From Candidatus Marinacidobacterales bacterium (lineage in GTDB: Bacteria; Acidobacteriota; Vicinamibacteria; Marinacidobacterales; SMYC01), in contig CBDCYI010000009.1 of NCBI GenBank assembly GCA_965224085.1, forward strand, positions 96,001 through 160,000: a DNA stretch of 64,000 nucleotides. The letters are read 5' to 3'. Of the stretch, positions 19,825-30,100 are shown one piece after another. A program made the position numbers and the translations under genes. The notes under the pieces were generated by a model. It worked only from the letters and a program-made list of their open reading frames with translations. It did no database searches and was not told where the DNA came from. How positions within the stretch are numbered: the stretch's first letter is position 1; each line of letters begins with the position of its first letter.

Positions 19825-21082
19825 TCATCCGCGATTCGCTTTTTTTGTGGGCCACCGGGAGGGGTCGTAAAGGGTTCCTTGTCGAAGCATCGCAATGGCG
19901 ATGGGGAGAATGCGGTCCATGACGCCTCTGAGAGTTCTGGCATGGCTGTGGCCTCTGTCACGAAGCCGGTCGTAGTGTTCTTTGAAGTGGGGGTCGTGCA
20001 AAACGGCAGTGCGTGCCCAATGGTGGAGAGCATTATTGAGGGGCAAAGAGCGAGCTCTCCTCATCAGGATCGTTGGTCGCAACTGACCGCGCTTGCCGCT
20101 CTTTTTTGTGACAGGAGCAATGCCGCCGAGAGTCCTGAAGGCGTTGAGATTACGGAGCCGAATGGGGTCGTGGGCATAGCAGAGCACGGAGGCGAGCACG
20201 TAAGCACCGACGCCGGGCAAAGAGGCAAGAATGGCAGGGTCGGAGCAATGCTCGTCGGTTAGTGCTTGCACGCGCTTGAACCACTTCTCGAGATGCTGGT
20301 CGGAGGCACGACGATGTTGTCGAACGAGGAGCAACTGCTGGAGTAGTAGTTGGAGATGCTCGGCGGTAGCTTGAGTGGTTGCGGTTGCGACCCGGAGAGG
20401 TTTTTGTTTGAGGGTATCGAGGATCTTCTCGGGTTTTAGACGTCGGATGCGGTGTTTTTGAGCGAGGGTCTCAATGGAGTGGCGGCTAAGAGGGTTGGGG
20501 CTGGATTCGAAGAAGAGTTTTAGGAGCTCGCAGAAAAAAGCGTCGAGAGCCTTGTCCTTTGGCGCGAGCGAGACGAGGTGAGGCCAGCAACGAGTAAGGA
20601 GTTCTCGGATCTGCGAGCTGAGGGCCACATGGTTTTTGACGAGTTGGTCGCGGGTACTCAGCAACCCGCGCATAGCGAGGATCTCCGTAGGTGGGAGATG
20701 CAAGCGCTGAAAGCGGTGGCCGTCGGTTCTGAGCGAATCGGCGAGAACGAAGGCGTCTCGCCGATCATCCTTGGCGCCGCTCATAGAATGCCGGTCGCGG
20801 AAACGGTCGACCTGCTTGGGATTGATGGAGAAAATGGCGATGCCGTGGTCAAGAAAGAGCTCGACGACGGCCCCATGAGGTTTTTCGATCGCCACCGCGA
20901 TGCGCTCGGTATCTTGCGAGGTCTCTTCCAAAAGCCAGTCGATGGTTCCCGATAGTCCTTCGCGGCTATGGGGGGAAGCCTCTCTCCGCCAAGAAGTTAC
21001 CTTTGGCATCGACCACACTGGCCAAGTGAAGCCATTGACCCAGGTCGATACCGACGAAGAAGTCGTATTTGAGTTGATTCAT
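19825..21082 (-). CDS. IS110 transposase with a single frameshift in a G6 run (20970-20975)
   Basis: FVGIDLG, IEKPHG, INPKQ..RFR, AKDDRRDA, SLPGVG, GIAPVTKKSGK (Ser motif); removing one G restores a continuous frame. Confidence 0.85.
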
Positions 21083-21107
21083 GGAAGAACTCATTTCCGC
21101 CAGCGCA

Positions 21108-21242
21108 TGTGATGTTTCATCGGCCCCTGTACTGGCGCTCGAAGCGCAACTCCCCACTGGATGTCCATCACAAAAGAATTGCCGGCACGCATGTCCATTC
21201 CTGGCGCTAGGAGCGCAGGGCGACGTATGGCGTTGCCGGCAA
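21108..21242 (-). ncRNA. Putative bridge RNA upstream of the IS110 transposase
   Basis: Two internal-loop hairpins: TTGCCGGCA/TGCCGGCAA stem (21242-21179) and TGTGATG/CATCACA stem (21172-21108); loop GTGGGGAGT (21157-21149) is identical to the element right end (19792-19784). Confidence 0.75.
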
Positions 21243-21289
21243 GCTGCTGACGAAATCGAAAATAGTCCAAGCTCATCGTGATATTTGCT

Positions 21290-21637
21290 CTACCATGGCA
21301 ATCGGAGTTGTCGCGCGATGCCACGAGTTCGTGCTCGGTTTTTTCTCGGTAGTTTCGGGCGAAGCACGTCCGAGAGTTTTTCTCGAATGTAAAGAACATA
21401 AGGCGGGTCTAGATATTGACTTTGCACTTCCTGGAGCACAGGTGAAAAATAACGAAGGGAGCGAATGGGCTGCAGTGGCTCCTCATGTTCTTGTAGCTCC
21501 CTACGAGCGCAACCCAGAAGTAGGGCACACTCGAATTCGTGTAACGGGACTCCTTGGCGGTAGAGCTGCGTCGCGATGAAGCGGTCGTCGCGCCGTGGCC
21601 GTTGAATGAGCCATCGGGCCACTAGCTTGAATTTCAC
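21290..21637 (-). CDS. Hypothetical protein, mobile-element-associated type (possibly 5'-truncated)
   Basis: D...A..LY..GVPL...E.ALLLG.ARR...L.PIRSL.YF.PV..EV pattern; lower GC than neighbours. Confidence 0.55.
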   Translation of the reverse strand: MKFKLVARWLIQRPRRDDRFIATQLYRQGVPLHEFECALLLGCARRELQEHEEPLQPIRSLRYFSPVLQEVQSQYLDPPYVLYIREKLSDVLRPKLPRKNRARTRGIARQLRLPW

Positions 21638-21929
21638 GAACTCCTAGACTGCCAGAATTACTGGGGTGAATGAACCCTTGCTCCGTCACTATTTTCGCCG
21701 CCTGGCGTAGACGATAATTCTGTTGCCGAGCCGCGTGGAGTTTTCGTGAGTTGAAACCTTTCTGGTAATTTCGGTTATTTTCGCGCTGGTTCTCTCGCCG
21801 GGTTTCGTCACGGCAGGTTGGACCGCAGTAGCACTGTCCCTGGTAACATGACTTGCAGATGAAGAAAGGCATCCCACAGCTTTTGTTGCGGCAGAAAAGC
21901 CGGAGAAGAACGACAGGTTTGGTGGCCAT
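21501..21929 (-). CDS. Cys-rich putative zinc-finger hypothetical protein
   Basis: C-RNKS-C...C-KS-C..GQ-C-Y-C-GPT-C, followed by a basic helix (NRNYQ...HAARQQNYR..VTEQG). Confidence 0.55.
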   Translation of the reverse strand: MATKPVVLLRLFCRNKSCGMPFFICKSCYQGQCYCGPTCRDETRRENQRENNRNYQKGFNSRKLHAARQQNYRLRQAAKIVTEQGFIHPSNSGSLGVREIQASGPMAHSTATARRPLHRDAALPPRSPVTRIRVCPTSGLRS

Positions 21930-22269
21930 TCGGAACTCAGCAAAGTGCTGGACGATGGCCGCCCGGATGTGAGAGGCTAGCTTCAACTTGTAGTGGAGCG
22001 CCTCCTCCGGGGGCCATCCAAACATCAGAGCCCCGGTCGTTTGTAGCGGCTGGGGCTCACTATTGTCGCACAGCAGGTTCACCCTCTTCTTGCCGGCGCG
22101 AGACGATCTGACTGACTCGCGCCAAAGGCGCGAGAGGATGCTGGCCTCGCGCCAGAGGCGCGGGATGAGGCCTTGTACACAGACATTTCCTACCGACTCT
22201 TCCCGCAACACACGCTTTCGCTGCACTGATGCTTCGGCAAGCGTACAGGGGGACGTGTATCGAGCGAAG

Positions 22270-22998
22270 TCCTTTTCCCGTCTACAGGAGGCGAACCCAT
22301 CGCCGTCACCGACAGGAACTCGCGCGACCGGAGCCCGAGCTGGTCCTCGGATGGACGCCGGGTCTTTTTCGTCTCGAACCGCGGCGGGAGTATGGATCTC
22401 TGGCAACAGCGCCTCGGGGAGGAAGGGCCGGAGGGTGCTCCAGAGCTCTTGACCGTTGGTGTCGGAATGCGAAGGGCGCCTTTTCTCCCGACGGGACGAA
22501 GCTCGCTTACTCCAAGGGCCGGTTGGTGGGAAACGTGTGGCGCGTGCCCATTCTCCGCGAACGTCCAGCGAGCTGGGCGGATGCCGAGCAGATCACCATA
22601 GGCCAGGCATACACCTGGGTCAGCGACATCTCTCCGGATGGCCGGAGACTCCTGGTGAGTTCCGACCGTTCAGGGAATCGGGATATCTGGGTGCTCCCCG
22701 CCGAGGGGGGCGCTATGACCCAGTTGACGACGAATCCCACGGGTGATGGGCGCGCAAGATGGTTGCCGGACGGACGGGAGATTGCCTTCCGGTCACGCCG
22801 CAGCGGAAACCTGGATCTCTGGGTGATGCCCGCGGAAGGGGTCCCGCCCGGCAACTGACTTCAGACCCAGAACCGAATTACCACGTGTGGTGGTCTCCGG
22901 ACGGAAGGAGATCGCCTTCACCTCGTACCGAAGCGGTAACGCGGAGATTTGGGTGGTCTCGGCGGATGGGGGTGAACCGCGCCAGGTGACGGATCAGC
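22270..22998 (+). pseudogene. TolB/PD40 beta-propeller fragments (kinase C-terminal type), frameshifted
   Basis: FSPDGTKLAYS, SPDGRRLLVSSDRSGNRDIW, W.PDGREIAF.S.RSGNLDLW repeats in changing frames. Confidence 0.75.
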
Positions 22999-22999
22999 G

Positions 23000-23240
23000 A
23001 GGCGCTCGGGGAGCCGAGCGTGCCCACCAATCGGCGAAGCGCTCCCGGCATGGCCAGGGGCACGCACGAATTGGCGCCGAAGACACCCGCGTTCCCCATG
23101 GAACAGCCTTCGCCGGGGCCTCCTCTGTCGACGAGGGTGACGCTAAAGCCCTGCCTCTGTAGATACAGAGCGCAGCAGATGCCCACAATCCCCGCCCCGA
23201 TTACGGTAGCCTCACGCGACGCGTTGGTTTGCGATACCAC
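23000..23240 (-). pseudogene. N-terminal fragment of an FAD-dependent D-amino acid dehydrogenase-like oxidoreductase
   Basis: VIGAGIVGICCA..L...G..VTLVDR..PGEGCSMGNAG. Confidence 0.8.
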
Positions 23241-23349
23241 TTGGACTCCAGCTCACGCACCCGACCACACGAAGTATCCTATATGCTATGACACGATTCC
23301 CTAGAGGGAACCGTCGCACGTAGTATGTATCGTCGACGCCTGAGAATTC

Positions 23350-24138
23350 TTGTTGTTCGGCCTTCCGGTTTTTTCCGACACCTCGTCCAACGGTGTGCTG
23401 GTACTGGTTCTCGTCTACTTCCTCTCGTTTTTCATCAAAGGGGCGGTCGGTGTCGGTTCTCTGTCACCGGTGATCCTGCTGAGCACGTTTCTCCTGGGAC
23501 CCCATCGCGCCGTGCTGCTCGGGCTCACCACCAATGCGCTTTCCCAGATCCAGTTCGTGCCTCAGGGCATCCGTGACGGTGACTGGAAGATCGCGCGCCG
23601 GGTGATCATCGCCAACTACATCGGCGCTGCGGTCGGTGTCTGGATCTTCGGGAGACTCGATTCGACCTGGCTGACGCTTATTCTGGGGGCCGCGCTCGGT
23701 CTCGTTGCGGCCGCCGAGCAGTGGAAGCTCCTCGCCTTGCTTTCGGAACGTGTCGACCTCTTCCGGACAGGCCTTCTCGTGCCGTTAGCGGGGATCGCCG
23801 GACTCGTCAGCGGGGTCAGCGGAGCCGGGGGCATCTTCTTCATCGCAGCGTACCTGCGGCACGTCTGCCCCGACGCCCGGACCTTCCGCGGTACGATGCT
23901 GCTTCTGAGCGCCCTTCTCGTCGGCTGGCGGATGGCGCTCCTTGTCGCAAGCGGCTACATCACGCGCCAGACTTGGTTGGAAGCGTCAGTACTGTTTCCT
24001 GTCGCTTTTCTGGGAGGGCTCTCCGGGACTTGGTTCTATCGCCCGCTTCCCACCGCGCGCTTCTATCAGATCTTTCAAATCGTTCTGCTCCTCGCAGCCG
24101 CCAGCTTGGTCTGGAAGGGTCTGAGCGACGTTACTTGA
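23350..24138 (+). CDS. TauE/SafE family membrane exporter
   Basis: About 8 TM segments; FIKGAVGVG, GLVSGVSGAGG, FRGT. Confidence 0.8.
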   Translation: MLFGLPVFSDTSSNGVLVLVLVYFLSFFIKGAVGVGSLSPVILLSTFLLGPHRAVLLGLTTNALSQIQFVPQGIRDGDWKIARRVIIANYIGAAVGVWIFGRLDSTWLTLILGAALGLVAAAEQWKLLALLSERVDLFRTGLLVPLAGIAGLVSGVSGAGGIFFIAAYLRHVCPDARTFRGTMLLLSALLVGWRMALLVASGYITRQTWLEASVLFPVAFLGGLSGTWFYRPLPTARFYQIFQIVLLLAAASLVWKGLSDVT

Positions 24139-24176
24139 CGCCTGGGTTATAGTCGACACAAACGAGGGGAGAGATC

Positions 24177-24956
24177 GTGGGTTTGAAGACGCGCTTCCAG
24201 AAAGGCGAGATACTCGTCGGAACCTGGCTCAACGGGCCGGTCGCTTCGCAGGTCGAGATCATCGGGGGTGCCGGCTTCGACTTCGTGATTCTCGACTCAG
24301 AGCACAGCTCCTACGGCCTTGACCAGTGTGAGGACCTCGTGCGCGCCGCCGATGCTGTGACGTTGCCTTGCCTCGTCCGCGTGGCTCCGGGCGATGCGCG
24401 AGAGGTCGGCAAGGCGCTCGACTTCGGAGCTCAGGGCATCATCGTTCCTCACGTGAGCTCTGACGAAGAGGCACGCGCTTGTGTTCGGTACGCTCACTTT
24501 GCGCCACTGGGCGCGCGCGGCGCGGCGCCGACGGTGCGAGGCGCCCGCTTCGGACGCACGGCCTGGAAAGACTACCTCGCCCAGGCGACGTCCGAAACGA
24601 TGGTGGTGCTCCAGATCGAGGGCCAGGAGGGGATCGATCAGCTCGACCGCATCATGTCGGTGGAGGGCGTGGATGTTCTCTTCGTCGGCACGTTCGATCT
24701 TTCGGAATCGCTGGGGGTCTCGGGTCAGCTCGACCATCCGAAGCTTCTGGACGCCGTCGCCCATATCGTCCGTCGGGCGCGGGAGAAAGAGATTGCGCTG
24801 GGTCTGTGGATGCCGAAGCCCGAACAGGTGGGGCCGTGGATCGAGCGCGGCGTCCAGATGATCACCGTCGCCAACAACGACATGATCTTCTTCGAGGCCT
24901 GCCGGGCCGTTGCGGAAGCGGTGAAGGCCCGCATCGCGGATCGGTCGGCGTCGTGA
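24177..24956 (+). CDS. HpcH/HpaI aldolase family protein
   Basis: GFDFVILDSEH, LD.GAQGIIVPHV, P.G.RG, QIE, DVLFVGTFDLS. Confidence 0.9.
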   Translation: MGLKTRFQKGEILVGTWLNGPVASQVEIIGGAGFDFVILDSEHSSYGLDQCEDLVRAADAVTLPCLVRVAPGDAREVGKALDFGAQGIIVPHVSSDEEARACVRYAHFAPLGARGAAPTVRGARFGRTAWKDYLAQATSETMVVLQIEGQEGIDQLDRIMSVEGVDVLFVGTFDLSESLGVSGQLDHPKLLDAVAHIVRRAREKEIALGLWMPKPEQVGPWIERGVQMITVANNDMIFFEACRAVAEAVKARIADRSAS

Positions 24957-26098
24957 CGGACCCGACGCTGGCGAGAATCGGATTCGCAGCGCCGTTGACG
25001 GGCGACCAGGCGATCGTGGGCGTGCCCATGCGCCAATGCGCCGAGCTCGCCGTCGAGGAGATCAACGCGCGGGGGTCGGCTCCCTTCCGATGGAAGCTGG
25101 TGGCGGAAGACGACCGGGCCGATCCCAAGGTCGCCGTCGACGTCGCGCGCCGCTTCGTCGACGACCCCGCCGTCATCGGTGTGGTTGGACACAAGAACAG
25201 CGGTCCTTCGGAGGCGGCAGCGCCCATCTACGCCGAGGCCGGTCTCACCCAAATGACGCCTTCGTCGACCAATCCCGCTTTGAGCCGAAAGGGTTATCGC
25301 ACCTTCTTCCGCCTCTGCGCGCACGATACCCGGCAGGGCGAGGAGGCGGCTCGCTTCGCGGTACGCTCGCTGAAGGTGGCGACGGTCATCGTGATCCACG
25401 ACGGCACGAGCTACGGCAAGCCTCTGGCCGAAGTGACGCGGGATACCTTCCTCGCCGAAGGGGCCAACGTCGTGCTGTTCACAGTTATCTTGCCGGGAGA
25501 ACATCGCTATCCGGAGACCGTCGCCCGCATCCGGGACCTGAGGCCGGAGCTCGTCTATTTTGCCCTCACGGAGATCGAGAGCTCGATTCTGGCGCGGGAG
25601 CTGAGAGCCGCCAACGTCGATGCCGCGCTCATCGGAACCGATGGGAGCCGGCAGTCGCAGTTCCTTCCACTCGCCGGCGAAGCGGCGGAGGGAGCGTATC
25701 AGACCTATGCCGGGGTCGACCCGGAGAGCGCGCCGACGGCGCAGAACTTTGTAGAGTCGTTCAACGCCCGCTACGGGCCGGTGCCCGTTTACGGTGCCGA
25801 GGTCTACGATGCGACGCGAGTATTGATCGACGCGGCGGAGCGGGCAGATCGTCTCGACCGTTCGCGTGTTCTGGGAGAGGTGGCGGGAGGCCGTTTCGAG
25901 GGCGTCACCGGCACGATCCGCTTCGATGCGAGCGGCGAGAGGCGTGATGCAGCCGTCAGCGTCTGGCAGGTGCGAGAAGGGCAAATGGAGCTAGTTCCGT
26001 TCCAACTTGTTTCACCTAGTACGATCGCCGCTGAATCCAGGTTGGAGCCACAATCGAAAGCTCCCGGCCCTTGGCGCAGATCGTTGCAACGGCACTAG
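24953..26098 (+). CDS. Branched-chain amino acid ABC substrate-binding-like protein (no signal peptide; the C-terminal tail may be a junction)
   Basis: GTGA overlap with the aldolase stop; IG..APLTG, DD.ADP, VVGHKNSG, FRLCAHD..QG, YDA, FEGVTGTIRFD..GE. Confidence 0.85.
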   Translation: MTDPTLARIGFAAPLTGDQAIVGVPMRQCAELAVEEINARGSAPFRWKLVAEDDRADPKVAVDVARRFVDDPAVIGVVGHKNSGPSEAAAPIYAEAGLTQMTPSSTNPALSRKGYRTFFRLCAHDTRQGEEAARFAVRSLKVATVIVIHDGTSYGKPLAEVTRDTFLAEGANVVLFTVILPGEHRYPETVARIRDLRPELVYFALTEIESSILARELRAANVDAALIGTDGSRQSQFLPLAGEAAEGAYQTYAGVDPESAPTAQNFVESFNARYGPVPVYGAEVYDATRVLIDAAERADRLDRSRVLGEVAGGRFEGVTGTIRFDASGERRDAAVSVWQVREGQMELVPFQLVSPSTIAAESRLEPQSKAPGPWRRSLQRH

Positions 26099-26161
26099 TC
26101 GGTCTCACCCGGGACCTCGCTGCAGGCTGGCGGGGCCAACCAGAGGAAAGAAAGGAAGCTC

Positions 26162-27073
26162 ATGCATCGAAGAGAATTCCTGACAAGAAATGGACTGGCT
26201 TTGGTGGGAAGTGGCCTCAGCGCCGCTCCCAAGCGCCCATCCACGTCGAGCAAGGAGCGCATCATCGACTTCCGCGTCCGTCCGCCCTTCAAAGGCTTTC
26301 TTGAGACCGCGAACTACCGGAACGCGACCCCGCCCCCGATCGAGACCTTCATGGAGGAGGTGGAGGAGGCGGGCATCGACCTCGCGGTGGTCATCGGAAG
26401 ACAGACCCCACCTTCGATGCGCTATCGGGGTTCCTGGGGGCTTCCCTACGGGTCGGTGCCGAACGACGATATTGCGGAGCTCGTCGAGCGTTACCCGGGA
26501 CGACTCATCGGCTTCGCCGGCATCGACGGTTCCACCGGTGATGCCGCGCTCCGGGAGATCGAGCGTTGCCGGGGCCTCGGGTTCAAAGGCATCGCGCTCG
26601 ACAACGGGTGGTGTGACCCGCCGCTCTACGACGACGACGAACAGCTTCTTCCGATCTACGAGAAGTGTGAGAAGGACGCGCTCATCGTGGCCATCACCAG
26701 CAGTGTTGCCATTGGCCCGGACATGGACTACTCGAAGCCGGTTCACATTCAGCGGATCGGCAATCGTTTTCGCGAGCTCCGCATCGTGGTGCCGCACGCC
26801 TGCTGGCCCTGGGTCGAGCTCGCCTGCACCGCTGCCTTCCGAATACCGAACCTCTATCTGATCCCCGACTACTACATCGGGATGCCCGGTGCCGAGCTCT
26901 ATGTGCGCTGGGGGAACGGGCGTCTGAGCCGGCAGGTCCTCTTCGCCAGCAGCCACCCGGGGGGTGGGGGACCCAAAAATGCCGTGGAGCGCTACCGGAA
27001 TCTGCCGTTCGAGAGCGACGAGATCCGCCGCCGGGTGATGGGCGAGAACGCAGCGGGGCTTCTCGGGTTGTAA
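26162..27073 (+). CDS. Amidohydrolase_2 family protein with Tat-like signal
   Basis: RREFL; IIDFRVRPP, VPND..AE, H.CWPW, VLFASSHP, MGENAAGLLG. Confidence 0.8.
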   Translation: MHRREFLTRNGLALVGSGLSAAPKRPSTSSKERIIDFRVRPPFKGFLETANYRNATPPPIETFMEEVEEAGIDLAVVIGRQTPPSMRYRGSWGLPYGSVPNDDIAELVERYPGRLIGFAGIDGSTGDAALREIERCRGLGFKGIALDNGWCDPPLYDDDEQLLPIYEKCEKDALIVAITSSVAIGPDMDYSKPVHIQRIGNRFRELRIVVPHACWPWVELACTAAFRIPNLYLIPDYYIGMPGAELYVRWGNGRLSRQVLFASSHPGGGGPKNAVERYRNLPFESDEIRRRVMGENAAGLLGL

Positions 27074-27122
27074 TCCGCTCCTTGCCGTGTGCGAGGCGCA
27101 TCATGAAGAGGAGGGTGAAGCC

Positions 27123-30100
27123 ATGTCGACCCGACGCGTTTGCCTGTTCTGCTCACTCGTTTCCGCCACTTGCGTTCTCTCGTTTTCTGCCGCGCTCGCA
27201 CAACCGGGAGACGACTGGGACGTAACCCTCCCCAGGGGCGAGACACGACAAATCGCATTCACGACCCACGAAGGTACGTGGATGTCGGTCGATCTTTCTC
27301 CCGACGACCGCTTCGTTGTGTTCGATCTGCTCGGACACATCTACCGGGTCCCCATCGAAGGAGGCGAGGCCGTCTGCCTCACTCAGGATAGCGGCATCGC
27401 GGTGAACTACCAGCCCCGTTACTCCCCGTACGGTCGGCATATCGCGTTCATCTCCGATCGCGCCGGCCAGGACCATCTCTGGATCATGGAGGCGGACGGC
27501 TCGAATCCGCGGCCGGTCGAGACCGACTCGACTATCCGCCTCTCCGAGCCCGCCTGGACGCCCGAGGGCGATTATCTTCTCGTGAGCAAGCGGAAGACCG
27601 GTCTGGAGTATGTGCCGTTCGACCAGGGGATCTGGATGTATCACCGCCAAGGAGGCGAGGGGGTCCACGTCGTCGGAGACGACAACGCGGGCGTGGGGGG
27701 GCCGTCCCTCTCGTCCGACGGAGAGTATCTCTACTTCCATGCCTCCAACGTCGCTGGACCTCTCCACTCCGTCGAGGGGAACATTCACCTGCGGCGTCTC
27801 GAGTTCCGCACCGGCGAGATCATCGAGCTGACCTCCCCGCCTTCGAACCGAGGACGCGACCGGCTGGCGGTGGGCGAGTCCTACGCTCCGGAGATCTCAC
27901 CGGACGGCCGATGGCTTGCTTTCGCGCGGCGCATTCCCGACGCCACCATGAGCTACAAAGGTCACGAGTTCGGGCCTCGTACGGCGCTCTGGCTTCGGGA
28001 TCTCGAGACGGGCGAAGAGCGCCTCCTCGTGGATCCTATCGAGCTCGACATGGCGGAGAGCTTGAAGCGCCACTGGACACGCATCCTCCCCGCCTACACC
28101 TGGTCGTCGGACGGGAGCTTTATCGTCATTGCACAGGGAGGCAAGCTGCGACGCGTCGATGTCCGTAGCGGAGACGTCGAGACCATCCCTTTCAATGCCG
28201 GGGTCGACCGGACGATCTCCGAAATGACCCGTGCCTCGTTCCGGATCACCGATGGGCCGTTCCAGGTGCGATTCCCGCGATGGCACACCGCGTCCTCCGA
28301 CGGGAGCACGCTCGCGTTTCAGGCGGTGGGAAAGATCTGGATAATGGATCTGCCTGAGGGACAGCCGAGGCGGCTCACTCCTGATGCGTTCGAGCCGTTC
28401 GAATACGCGCCGGCCTGGTCACCCGACGGGCGCTTCGTCGCGTTCACGAGTTGGGACGACGAGCGGCAGGGGCACCTCTTCAAGGTCGCGGCGAGCGGGG
28501 GTCCACCCGAGCAGCTGACGCCGGAGCCCGGTGAGTACACCCATCCCGTGTGGAGCCCCGATGGTGAGGAGATCGTCGTGGTCCGGGGAAGCGGCGTGAC
28601 GGCCCGGGGACGGAGCTGGGTTGCGAATCGGTGGTACGACCTCGTTCGCGTTCCGGTGAACGGTGGCGACCCCGTTTTCGTAACGAAGGTCATGAGCCCT
28701 CCCGGCACCCTCCACCGTGGTGGCAAACGCCAGATCGTACGCCCCTCGTTCGGACCGGAAGGTCGACTCTTCTACCCCGAGCAAAAAGTGGTGGACGGGG
28801 AGATCTTTCTCGTCTCGGTACGTCCGGACGGCAGCGACAAGCGGCATCACCTGAGCTTCTGGCAGGCGGACGAAGTCGTCGTCTCTCCCGACGGGCGCTG
28901 GGTGGCGTTTCAGGAAGGGGACAACGTCTATCTCACGCCGTTCCGGTGGCCGGCCCACGGGGTCGGGGTGCTCCGAATCGACAAGAGAAACGGCAAGCTT
29001 CCGGTGACACCGCTCAGCCGAGCCGGTGGGCTGTTCCCGCGCTGGCCCGACGACGACACGGTGGAGTTCGGAAGCGGCAATACGTACTACGCCCATCACA
29101 CGGAGTCCGGCACGACCGCGGAGACGAGGATCGCGCTTCGGGTTCCCCGATACATTCCACCCGGACGGATCGCTCTGACGAACGCGCGTATTCTGACCAT
29201 GGACGATCCGCCCGTCATCGAGAGAGGAACCCTCGTGGTCGAAGGAGCGCGGATCGCCTGCGTGGGCGAGTGCACGACCGACGCCGCCGACCGGGTCATC
29301 GATGCGACGGGCAAGACGGTGATGCCCGGTCTCGTCGATATGCACTCGCACCACTACCACGCCCACCTCGGCATCCAGCCACGAAAAGACTTCGAGCAGG
29401 CGATCTATCTCGCCTTCGGCGTCACCACGAGCTTCGACTGCGCCGTGTGGTCGCACAACGCCTTTCCCACCGCCGATCTCATCGACGCCGGTCGGACGAT
29501 CGGCCCGCGCACCTACGCCACCGGAGACCAGATCGAGGGAGGCCCGGACGACATGCGCCGGAACGAGATCCGGAGCTACGAGATGGCTCGAGACGAGGTG
29601 CGCCGGCTCGCGTCGTGGGGCGCCACCGGCCTGAAGCAGTACCTGATCCCGCGGCGCAACCAGCGACAGTGGATCTCCGATTGGGCTCGCAAGGAGGGGC
29701 TGATGCTGACGGCGGAGGGAGGTCATCTCACGTACAACCTCGGCATGATCATGGATGGCCACACGGGCTGGGAGCACCAGTTGAGCCAGACGCCGCTCTA
29801 CGCGGACGCGACCAAGTTCTTCGGACAGGCGGGGGCCACGTACTCGTCGACGTTCGTAGTGAGCGGTCCGGCTCCGTGGAACATCGAGTACTTTTTCGGG
29901 AAGAGTGACGTCTGGAAGGACGAGAAGCTCCGTCGCTTTCTGCCCTGGCGCGATCTCTACCCGCGCGTTCGCCGCCGCATGCTCCGCCCGGAGACCGACT
30001 ACGCTTTTCCCTTCGTGGCGCAAGCGGTGGCGGACATCATCCGCGAAGGAGGAAACGGCGCGATCGGATCGCACGGCGAATACTACGGGCCCGCGCCTCA

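Larger units (their letters stand above)
19782..21270 (-). mobile_element. IS110-family element (left boundary uncertain)
   Basis: Right end TTGATC-cggc-GTGGGGAGT-CC abutting the kinase; transposase plus structured upstream non-coding region. Confidence 0.8.

Noticed and set aside
24479-24952. N-terminal extension of the 539-aa ORF
   Set aside because: Overlaps the aldolase out of frame; the real start is likely GTG 24953
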